A stretch of 50,690 nt of DNA from Pirellulales bacterium. GTDB lineage: Bacteria; Planctomycetota; Planctomycetia; Pirellulales; UBA1268. A model generated the notes under the pieces. That model did no database searches. It had not been told where the DNA came from and saw nothing but the letters and a program-made list of their open reading frames with translations. The DNA is taken from assembly GCA_029246985.1 (NCBI GenBank), contig JAQWMC010000002.1, positions 1 through 50,690 on the forward strand, in the 5' to 3' direction. Shown piece after piece: positions 29,574 through 37,473 of this stretch. Every line of letters starts with the position of its first letter. The first letter of the stretch is position 1. A program made the position numbers and the translations under genes.

Positions 29574-32500
29574 ATGCCAATGCCAGATCGAACGAACTTC
29601 AGCAAAGTCACGCACTTCCTTGAAGACCGGTCCGCACTTGACCGGTGGGCACGTGGTATTGGACTCACTGATGGTGAAAATGCGAATCAGTGTTTTAAGA
29701 AATTAGGAGAACAGGACGTAGACTTCGATCTACTCAGGTTTCTCATCGAAGGTCTTGAGCGGCTGCTACCTCTGTACGGTGAGGCAGATCGACTCCTTGT
29801 CACATTGGATCGATTTCTTCAAGCTGTTCCAAGCCCAGACGCGACAATTGCATTATTCGAACAAGAGCCGGAGTCTCTGGATGCACTCCTGGCGATTCTT
29901 GCTACAAGTCCATTTCTTGGTGAGATTGTGATTGCTGAGCCGGACGTTTGGGAACGTATTCGGTGCGGTGGTGGAAGACCAGAAAAGCGAGAGTCTCTTC
30001 GGGATATTTTGAGATCTGAGGTAGGTGACTCGCTGGACGCTGCTTTTGTCATGCAAGTTCTTCGACGGTTTAAGCGCCGAGAGATTCTCCGCGTCGCCTA
30101 CGGTGATATTGTTAAACAGCAACGACTAGAAACCGTTGTTGATCAGATTTCAGCAATTGCGGACTGTATTGTCGATGAAGCTCTGCGAGTTTCGATTTTA
30201 CAGCAGGAACAACGTCGCGGTATTCCCCTCGGGAGAGACAATCAGCCAGCAACAATTACAGTGATAGCTCTTGGGAAACTGGGTGGAAATGAACTGAATT
30301 ATTCGAGTGATATCGACCTTGTGTTCTGTTACTCCGAAGACGGTGATATCGCGGGATCAAAGACCTATACAACCAGTGAATTCTTTGAGCGTATTGTTCA
30401 GGAAGTAACCCGTCTGATTGCCGATCAAACAGAGTTAGGGGCTGCATATCGCGTTGACTTGCGGTTGCGACCGTATGGAGGCCGAGGCCCACTTGTTTTA
30501 CCGCGTGCCGCGCTCGAGAGATATTACGACAGGCAGGGCAGAACATGGGAAAGGCAGGCGTGGGTAAAGGCTCGGTGTGTTGCGGGTGACATGCAATTGG
30601 GTGAAGACTTGCTTAGTAGCCTTCGTCCCTGGGTCTACAGCCGTTGGTTGCCGCGGACTGAAATTAGTGGTATCCGAGCGTTGAAACGGCAAATTGAGCG
30701 TCGGTCCATTCGTGAAGGCATCGATTCTGCTGATTTGAAGACAGGCCGCGGTGGAATACGTGATATTGAGTTTACTATTCAATTTCTTCAGTTACTCAGC
30801 GGTGGTGATGAGGCCGGGGTCCGAGTTGGAAACACAATTGAGGCAATTCGACGTCTTGCAGCAAATGGAAGCCTGAATGATCAAGAGAGGGAAATCCTCG
30901 AACGGAACTACCGGCTTCTCAGAACAGTAGAGCACCGACTCCAAATTCTTTACGACAGACAGACACATCGGTTACCAGAAAATGAGGATGAGTTTGCTCG
31001 CTTAGCAGGCCGTCTTGGGTATGGTAGGCAGGTGAATGCTGCAACGGAACTGCGTAGAGATCTTGACGCAGCAACTCGACTGAATAGAAGAATTCTAGAC
31101 CACCTTCTCCATGATGCCTTTCCGGGTGAGGTGACACCAGAAGCCGACGTTGATCTTATTCTTGATCCAAAACCACCAAAAGAACTCATCGATAGCGTAC
31201 TAGTTCCTCGTAGATTTCGTGACGTGACGCGAGCGTATCGAATGGTGACGGCATTGAGTGAAGAATCATCTCATTTTCTTTCAAGTCGCCGATGCCGACA
31301 TTTTTTTGCCTCAATTTTGTCACGATTACTCGATCGGATAAGCGCAACACCGGATCCAGATGCAACATTGAATACGCTTAATGCTGTAAGTGAATCACTT
31401 GGTGGAAAGGGCATGCTCTGGGAGCTTCTGAGCGAATCACCAGGAGCCCTTGATCTCACTATACGTTTCTGTTCTTCCGCACCTTTCCTGGCAGAACTTC
31501 TCGTAAAAAACCCTGGAATGATCGATGAACTTCAGGACAGTCTTCTGGGTGGTGGTATGGCAACCCGAGATGACTTAACGAATGAATTATGGGAGCTGTG
31601 TGGAAGGCATTCGGTAGATGTCCTGCCGAGTCTCATCGCATTTAAGGTTTCGAAACAATTGCGAATCGGTATCAATGATCTTTTAGAACAGCAGTCACCA
31701 CATGTGATTACTGCATCTTTATCTGATTTAGCAGAATCACTTTTACAGTTCGTTGTCTCTAGCCAGAAGCCGATACTGCCTCAAAAGATGCGGTTTATGA
31801 AAAAGGGTGACAATTCGATCGAATGCATGGGGTTTGTAGTACTGGCAATGGGCAAGTTTGGTGGGCGCGAAATGAATTATGCGAGTGACGTTGATGTTGT
31901 TTTTCTTTACGACGAAAAAACGGCGGGAGAGTGCTTAGGTGAGTGTTCTGATTCTGAGTTTGGTTTCTTGTTTGGTGAAATAGCAAATAAAGTTTTACAA
32001 GTATTTAATCGGTTTACTCCCCAAGGTCGTCTCTATGAAGTTGACTCAAGACTTCGACCAGGAGGAAGGAGTGGGCCAATCGTTAGTTCATTGGAGGCCT
32101 TTCAGCGATACTTTTCTTCTGAAGGGCCAGCTGCTGTCTGGGAGCGGCAATCGCTTACCAAAGCTCGTGTTGTCTTTGGTGGAGAAGCTGCTGTTCAGCG
32201 GGCCAAGTCAGTTGTTCATGCAGCAGTCTACGATCACTGCTGGAAGGAGTCTGATGTGAAAGAAATTTATTCAATGCGACTACGAATGGAGGAAACCGCA
32301 GCCAAAGATAACCTCAAGCGTGGGCCTGGTGGTGTCATTGATATTGAGTTTCTTGTTCAGGCACTACAACTGATATACGGAAAAAATAATGTTGATCTTC
32401 AAACACCAAACACACTTGCCGCTCTTGATTCTCTTGCTCTTGCGGGGATCATAAAAAATGAAATGGCACAATCTCTACGTGATGCATACGACCTGTTGCG

Positions 32501-32714
32501 GAAAATCGAGGGTAGGCTCAGGCTTCTTGATGTACGTTTGGGACATGTATTTCCTAATGGAAATCAAGAACGTAACCAGTTGGCGAATTTGTTGAATCGT
32601 GAGAATGGAGAGGCACTAGCTGACGAAGTGTTTCAAACAACTACTTGGGTACGCAGTGTCTTTGATAAAATATTTTCTAGTATGCAGTCTGATCTGGCTC
32701 AAAAAAATACCTAG
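29574..32714 (+). CDS. glnE: Glutamine synthetase adenylyltransferase/deadenylase GlnE
   Basis: Two nucleotidyltransferase domains: LGKLGG.ELNYSSDIDL/VDLRLRP/WERQA/GGIRDIEF and MGKFGG.EMNYASDVD/VDSRLRP/GGVIDIEF. Confidence 0.95.
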   Translation: MPMPDRTNFSKVTHFLEDRSALDRWARGIGLTDGENANQCFKKLGEQDVDFDLLRFLIEGLERLLPLYGEADRLLVTLDRFLQAVPSPDATIALFEQEPESLDALLAILATSPFLGEIVIAEPDVWERIRCGGGRPEKRESLRDILRSEVGDSLDAAFVMQVLRRFKRREILRVAYGDIVKQQRLETVVDQISAIADCIVDEALRVSILQQEQRRGIPLGRDNQPATITVIALGKLGGNELNYSSDIDLVFCYSEDGDIAGSKTYTTSEFFERIVQEVTRLIADQTELGAAYRVDLRLRPYGGRGPLVLPRAALERYYDRQGRTWERQAWVKARCVAGDMQLGEDLLSSLRPWVYSRWLPRTEISGIRALKRQIERRSIREGIDSADLKTGRGGIRDIEFTIQFLQLLSGGDEAGVRVGNTIEAIRRLAANGSLNDQEREILERNYRLLRTVEHRLQILYDRQTHRLPENEDEFARLAGRLGYGRQVNAATELRRDLDAATRLNRRILDHLLHDAFPGEVTPEADVDLILDPKPPKELIDSVLVPRRFRDVTRAYRMVTALSEESSHFLSSRRCRHFFASILSRLLDRISATPDPDATLNTLNAVSESLGGKGMLWELLSESPGALDLTIRFCSSAPFLAELLVKNPGMIDELQDSLLGGGMATRDDLTNELWELCGRHSVDVLPSLIAFKVSKQLRIGINDLLEQQSPHVITASLSDLAESLLQFVVSSQKPILPQKMRFMKKGDNSIECMGFVVLAMGKFGGREMNYASDVDVVFLYDEKTAGECLGECSDSEFGFLFGEIANKVLQVFNRFTPQGRLYEVDSRLRPGGRSGPIVSSLEAFQRYFSSEGPAAVWERQSLTKARVVFGGEAAVQRAKSVVHAAVYDHCWKESDVKEIYSMRLRMEETAAKDNLKRGPGGVIDIEFLVQALQLIYGKNNVDLQTPNTLAALDSLALAGIIKNEMAQSLRDAYDLLRKIEGRLRLLDVRLGHVFPNGNQERNQLANLLNRENGEALADEVFQTTTWVRSVFDKIFSSMQSDLAQKNT

Positions 32715-33394
32715 TGGTCTCGAAGAAAACTGATTGCATAAACACCAATAAGTACAAGCAGCCCAAAAAGTAAGGTTACTCTTTCAAGGTACTTGTCAAG
32801 AATATCGCGAGCCTGTTTGCCAAATAATCTCATGATGGTAGCAACCAAAAAAAAGCGACCACCTCGTCCAATGGAAGATGCAATTATGAGAGTAGGGAGT
32901 GGTACAGAGCAGGCGCCGGCTGCGATTGTAAAAATCTTAAAGGGTATTGGTGTGAATGCTGAAAGTATGAGCCAAAGAAAAGCATTGTCTTGGTAAAGAG
33001 ATTCAACATAGTTAAATTTTTCAGACGTAAAGCCAGGAATGACACTGTAAAAAAAAGTATCTACGAATTGCCACAGTCCCCACCCAATTGCCCAGCCTGC
33101 AACAGCTCCGAGAACACTTGCGACCACTGATACGGCTGCAAAAAGATAGCTTTTTTTTGGCTTGCTGACAGAGAGTGCAACTTGCAGAACATCTGGTGGG
33201 ATTGGGAAAAAAGAACTCTCTGCAAATGATATTCCAGCCAAAGCAATCAAGCCGTGTGGAGAATCTGCCCAAGAAAGAACCCAGTTGTAAAGTCGTCGGA
33301 GTAGTCCGCGAGGTTTCGGGGTGTCCACCGCGGAGGCATCTGCATGTGCCTGCTCAATAATAGGAGTTTCAGAAGACGTCGGTGAGAAAGGCAT
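32711..33394 (-). CDS. YqaA/DedA (VTT, SNARE-associated) membrane protein
   Basis: SFAESSFFPIPPD, FTPIPFKIFTIAAG, GRGGRFF; start ATG 33394 with aaggaa SD. Confidence 0.88.
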   Translation of the reverse strand: MPFSPTSSETPIIEQAHADASAVDTPKPRGLLRRLYNWVLSWADSPHGLIALAGISFAESSFFPIPPDVLQVALSVSKPKKSYLFAAVSVVASVLGAVAGWAIGWGLWQFVDTFFYSVIPGFTSEKFNYVESLYQDNAFLWLILSAFTPIPFKIFTIAAGACSVPLPTLIIASSIGRGGRFFLVATIMRLFGKQARDILDKYLERVTLLFGLLVLIGVYAISFLRDH

Positions 33395-33444
33395 GCTGTT
33401 TTCCTTTAGATTGGGAAAATCATAGCATGTGCCAAAGCATGACG

Positions 33445-34545
33445 TTAGGCCGTTTCCGGCTGCGTTGATAGCCACTCGCAAAGAACTTCGTGAGCTGGAG
33501 TTACAACGAGATAGACAAGGAGTGAAAGAAGGGCGAGGTCACGAAAGTGAGCAGGGCTTGAAAGACTCCACCACGCTACTCCAAGTAAAATCCATGTAGG
33601 AAGGAGTAGAGGCATCGCTGCTTTATGGACGATGAGGACCTGTCGTAAAGGGTGTATTTCCACACTGGGTGAGGTGAAGTGGCTTGCAAGTGCAGGCATT
33701 TGCTTCCAGCTGTGAAAAGCTAAGAAGTATATTCCAATACCAAAAAGTGGAGATGCAATGAGTTCGAGGACGCCAATAAGGCAATATGAAACAAAGACAC
33801 CTCCTGTTTTCATGAGTTTCTTCGTACCGTGTTTCTTTGAATATCGAGCCGAATGAATGAAAATTAAACACCAGCAGAAACTTGCAATCGCAAGAAGTGC
33901 GAGGCCTGTAATGGCAATATGCAATGGTGAGTAAATCGGATGCGCGAGTAAAGGCAATCCGATGAGAGAACGAGCCGGCTCAACGAGGGTTATGAGTTCT
34001 GTTGCAACAGAAGACGTAGCAGCTGGCCAAGCTGCAAGCGGCGTGCCTATAACAATGCCGCCTTTCGCGAAGCCCATGAGAAGATGCTCATAGGAAATCC
34101 CAGATTCAATGGGTTTTGGGTTTTCAGAACTCCCAAAATGCCAGATGCTGAGAATGATAAAACCGACGAGGCTTGTTCCAGGTGCAAGTATAAAGATTGT
34201 AAATACACCGATCATCGAGACGACGTACCATAAAAAAGCTTCCCATACTTTTCGCCCTTCTTTCTTGGATTGAAGTACAGCAAGATCTGCTGCACCATGA
34301 GGCATGCCTACAAAGAAGAGTGCAATAAGCCACGGAAGCACTTCAATTTCTTTGGGTGTCGCCTGTTTGTAGAACAAGGAAAACCCAATCGTGGCCCCAA
34401 TCAGAAATAAAGGCAGCACAGTAAACCACACTGTCTGCCGAGCTGTACGGACATCTTTTTCACGGACCCTACTCGCAAAAAAAAGTTTCCGTTGAGCAGT
34501 CTGACTTATCGCGAACATGGCAACGATCCCGTGAGACACAGTCAT
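33445..34545 (-). CDS. blh: Brp/Blh beta-carotene 15,15'-dioxygenase (retinal-forming)
   Basis: Four Fe-ligand His motifs GMPHGAAD, SIWHFG, AFHS, TPAH in a multi-TM protein directly downstream of the rhodopsin; true start may be 34518 or later. Confidence 0.88.
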   Translation of the reverse strand: MTVSHGIVAMFAISQTAQRKLFFASRVREKDVRTARQTVWFTVLPLFLIGATIGFSLFYKQATPKEIEVLPWLIALFFVGMPHGAADLAVLQSKKEGRKVWEAFLWYVVSMIGVFTIFILAPGTSLVGFIILSIWHFGSSENPKPIESGISYEHLLMGFAKGGIVIGTPLAAWPAATSSVATELITLVEPARSLIGLPLLAHPIYSPLHIAITGLALLAIASFCWCLIFIHSARYSKKHGTKKLMKTGGVFVSYCLIGVLELIASPLFGIGIYFLAFHSWKQMPALASHFTSPSVEIHPLRQVLIVHKAAMPLLLPTWILLGVAWWSLSSPAHFRDLALLSLLVYLVVTPAHEVLCEWLSTQPETA

Positions 34546-34547
34546 TC

Positions 34548-34580
34548 GGAATGGCGGTGATCAGGGATCACCGCCATTCC
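34548..34580. promoter_or_regulatory. Perfect 15-bp stem-loop between rhodopsin and blh
   Basis: ggaatggcggtgatc-agg-gatcaccgccattcc; no U-tract on the coding (minus) strand. Confidence 0.8.
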
Positions 34581-34592
34581 TTGAGATAATGA

Positions 34593-35348
34593 CTAAGCTG
34601 TCTGCTTTGATGAATGACTCAAAGCTTCAATGCCCCAATAAGCCGCCAGGCCAAAGCCAACCTTATTGATTACATCAGCGACATTGTAAAAGATTTCACG
34701 AACTTCACCTAAGCCACCATAAGCCATGAGGAATCCAATTGGGTAAATTGCCCATCCGATCAGGATGAACAACCTCATCGTATCAAGCGCCTTGGCAATA
34801 GGAGCTGGAGCTGCTTTTATGGCAGAGCCAAGACCTGTGTAGAGAGTTGCAACAATTAAAAGTTCCAGGACGCACGCGACCAGGAAGAATCCCCACCACT
34901 CGTTTGAAGCAACTGGTGAAGTCTCTGCAATAAAAGCACAAACAATCATTCCGATGTCAAGCGTTACAAGCTGTACAAAAAACTTTTTACCTTTGTCACC
35001 AAGCCGCAGCAAGAGTGGGAACTTAATGAGCATCAAGGGCGTCGTAAAGAGCCAGTCGATGTAGCGCAAGGCTGTTGGGAATTGACCGCCAGAATCTTGA
35101 TATACATGTGTCATTTTAAAATAATGAAAACATGCAATGCCGCACACGAGACCTGCACATACCATTGTGCTTCGATAGGCCACATCGACATTGTTTCGCA
35201 TGAGCAGAAAGTAAGCTGCTCCCGCACCCATCGCGACTGTTCCTGCAAAGAATAGATAAAGGGTAACTGACTGTAACGGTGCGTTTTGCGACCAGTCATA
35301 CGAAAGTGCTGCCAGCGTTCCGGCAACATTAGCAAACAGAGCAATCAT
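34593..35348 (-). CDS. Type 1 microbial rhodopsin, DTK motif (proteorhodopsin/ESR-like proton pump)
   Basis: 7 TM; helix B FHY, helix C RYIDWLFTTPLMLIK, helix F GWAIYP, helix G DVINKVGFG with Schiff-base Lys; start ATG 35348 with AAGGAG SD; 251 aa. Confidence 0.96.
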   Translation of the reverse strand: MIALFANVAGTLAALSYDWSQNAPLQSVTLYLFFAGTVAMGAGAAYFLLMRNNVDVAYRSTMVCAGLVCGIACFHYFKMTHVYQDSGGQFPTALRYIDWLFTTPLMLIKFPLLLRLGDKGKKFFVQLVTLDIGMIVCAFIAETSPVASNEWWGFFLVACVLELLIVATLYTGLGSAIKAAPAPIAKALDTMRLFILIGWAIYPIGFLMAYGGLGEVREIFYNVADVINKVGFGLAAYWGIEALSHSSKQTA

Positions 35349-35439
35349 CTGAAACTCCTTGTAACTTGAATTTGAGGAACAGTGCCGAACACTAGCAAAA
35401 GTTCCCCGTGGTGTACTGGTATGTGCCAATATTCCAGAC

Positions 35440-35482
35440 ACCTTACCGTTTTTTGAATAATAGCGTCAAAATTGTTTTTGAC
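35440..35482 (-). promoter_or_regulatory. Putative sigma70 promoter of the rhodopsin gene with overlapping palindrome
   Basis: Minus strand TTGACG (35469-35464)-N18-TAAGGT (35445-35440); inverted repeat GTCAAAA-N4-TTTTGAC at 35465-35482. Confidence 0.45.
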
Positions 35483-35514
35483 ACCCTAGATCAACAGGGT
35501 GTTTTCAGCCAAAA

Positions 35515-36468
35515 TTAAGGTTTGCCCTGACGCATCTTTCCGATTCGAGCCTGCTCTACGAGATCAAGACCCACGTTTTTAGACCAGGCGTTAAGGAGTT
35601 CATGAAAGACTGGGCCTGGGACGCCTTTCCCAATTGGGTTTCTATCAATTTGCACTGCCGCCAGTACACACCAGGGTGTACTGGTCAGAAAGACTTCGTC
35701 GGCAGTCAGAAGTTCATCTCTTTTAAATGATCGTGATTCCCAATGAAAGCCTGCATTCTGGGCTAAACTTTTGAGGTAAAGCATACTTATACCAGGCAGG
35801 GCGTCTCGTTCAGGGGGTGTGACGATAGTCCTTCCATGCAAAGCGGCGACATTTGCAGTTGATGTTTCACTGATACGTCCATCTGCATGGGATAAGAGGG
35901 GGCGGGAACCTTTTTCGGATATGGAAGCCTCCTGCTCGGCGAGGAAGTAATGAAGTCGACTACGCACTTTGGCAGTGATCGGCCAGCATTCTTCTGGAAC
36001 TTGTTGGATACCAACACATTGAAGATGTATGCCAGATTCATAGGAGTCGGCCCATAGGCTGTAAGCAAGCGGGAATGTGTGGACGGTTAAGGAGGGTTTT
36101 CCAGTCAAACCATTATTCTGTGCTGGCAATAGCCCTGGAGTAATAAAAATAATCACGCCGAGGTCGTAGTCTGTCGGCTTCTTGTTTTGCGTGAGCAGCC
36201 TGTGATTATGCGATGCGACTTGATTTGCAGCAGAGAAAATCGACTGCATGGTCTTGTTTGGATCAATGCCTACTTCGTGAAGTGAATTTGCCAGCCTTTT
36301 AGCATGATCATCAGGAAGGAAAATCTCACCGCGGATAGTGCGTAACTGTTCGGTTACAGTGGCTCCCAGCACAAATCCAGCATCACCTGGCGCAATGGAG
36401 AGTTGATCACGGGGCAAAAGTTTTCCATCTTGCCAAGCAATCTCCGACGAATATACCTGCCGATTCAT
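35515..36468 (-). CDS. Class IV aminotransferase (BCAT/PabC-like)
   Basis: D.GF..G....E.LRT, H..RL..S, catalytic Lys in AKVRS, E.STANV, LPGI, ADEVFLTST; start moved to ATG 36468 because the longer ORF runs through the tRNA. Confidence 0.88.
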   Translation of the reverse strand: MNRQVYSSEIAWQDGKLLPRDQLSIAPGDAGFVLGATVTEQLRTIRGEIFLPDDHAKRLANSLHEVGIDPNKTMQSIFSAANQVASHNHRLLTQNKKPTDYDLGVIIFITPGLLPAQNNGLTGKPSLTVHTFPLAYSLWADSYESGIHLQCVGIQQVPEECWPITAKVRSRLHYFLAEQEASISEKGSRPLLSHADGRISETSTANVAALHGRTIVTPPERDALPGISMLYLKSLAQNAGFHWESRSFKRDELLTADEVFLTSTPWCVLAAVQIDRNPIGKGVPGPVFHELLNAWSKNVGLDLVEQARIGKMRQGKP

Positions 36469-36553
36469 GAAATACTCAACAGCCAGCAGTGCCTTTCGAT
36501 CGTAAAGTTTCCGCTGACTCGCAGAAACTTCTTTGTATGTGGGCAAGTTGGAG

Positions 36554-36626
36554 TGGAGGATAGGGGACTCGAACCCCTGACCTTCTGGCTGCCAGCCAGA
36601 CGCTCTCCCAACTGAGCTAATCCCCC
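36554..36626 (-). tRNA. tRNA-Ala(GGC), CCA not encoded
   Basis: GGGGGAT-TA-GCTCAGTTGGGAGAGC-G-TCTGG-CTGGCAG-CCAGA-AGGTC-AGGGG-TTCGAGT-CCCCT-ATCCTCC-A; G3:U70 and A73 Ala identity elements. Confidence 0.97.
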
Positions 36627-36849
36627 TCGTAAGGTACTCGCTCACATGGTTCCATGCTCAAACAGAACCTTTCCAGCATTCTGTAACTATCAAACCTATC
36701 GTGCCCTTCTATCAGTGTCAACGTGACAGTTCGGGTTCGGCTCGAAAGCGTTCTAAGAAAAATGTGCGATGCTCTGGTGTAAGCCAAGGATGTCAATCAG
36801 ACTGGATAAATCGGTTGAAAACAAATAGGTGCGAAGTTGGAAATGACTT

Positions 36850-37473
36850 ATGTTTTTAGAACAGAACAAACATTCTAAAAGAGGCTCGTGGGGAGAAATG
36901 CCACGAGCATGTGCCACTGTTTTTTTGGCAATTTATTTTACTGGTCTTGGCCTTACTGTGGCGTGCAATACCAGTAGTGGTTCTTCTTTGCTGTTGAGTG
37001 TCGTCAAAGGAAAACTATTTTCTTTTTGGCTCGTACCTCCCTGGCTTGATCTTGGCTTTGATTATCCTCTTTCATATGGCCAGCAGGCGGACGCCGCTCA
37101 CTACCTTGAACTTCGAGAATATGGTCAAGAGAAATGGATAAAACTTTCAGGGATCGATGGAAAACATTCGCAATCGATCCGTTGGCAACGATTGCTTCAT
37201 TCGGTTATTGCCAGTGAAGAAGAGGCAGGGAGAGAAGGTCTCTTGCCAGCAGGGTTTTCCGAAGCAGCTTTCTCACTATGTGAAAGTGATGATATCGTTC
37301 TACGGATTCTTGTTCAGCCTCGACCTGAGCGACAATTGCCCCTAGGGAATCCTGCCCCAATTGTTCTCTATGAGGCCCGGCTTCGTAAACTTTCTGGTGG
37401 TGATATTCAACTGATCAAGAGTGAGCATCACCGAGAAATGGCACCGGTCATTTCTGGAAGTGGTGGTGCATGA
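36850..37473 (+). CDS. Hypothetical membrane-anchored protein, partner of the HTTM gene
   Basis: N-terminal hydrophobic helix; ATGA overlap with the downstream HTTM gene; start may be ATG 36898. Confidence 0.7.
   Translation: MFLEQNKHSKRGSWGEMPRACATVFLAIYFTGLGLTVACNTSSGSSLLLSVVKGKLFSFWLVPPWLDLGFDYPLSYGQQADAAHYLELREYGQEKWIKLSGIDGKHSQSIRWQRLLHSVIASEEEAGREGLLPAGFSEAAFSLCESDDIVLRILVQPRPERQLPLGNPAPIVLYEARLRKLSGGDIQLIKSEHHREMAPVISGSGGA

Noticed and set aside
34884-34898. WWG in rhodopsin helix E as the xanthorhodopsin-type carotenoid-antenna (fenestration) Gly
   Set aside because: The better register (FLVAC = PR FIIGC) puts Phe155 at the XR Gly156/BR Trp138 site, predicting no fenestration; needs a structural alignment to be final
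35349-35441. 31-aa N-terminal extension of the rhodopsin
   Set aside because: A strong AAGGAG SD precedes ATG 35348, and the extension coincides with the predicted promoter/UTR
33445-36626. Rhodopsin cassette as a tRNA-Ala-integrated genomic island
   Set aside because: No integrase, no duplicated tRNA 3' end seen, and a housekeeping aminotransferase lies between the tRNA and the opsin
36469-36645. N-terminal extension of the aminotransferase ORF across the tRNA
   Set aside because: It is translated tRNA and spacer sequence; homology starts at ATG 36468
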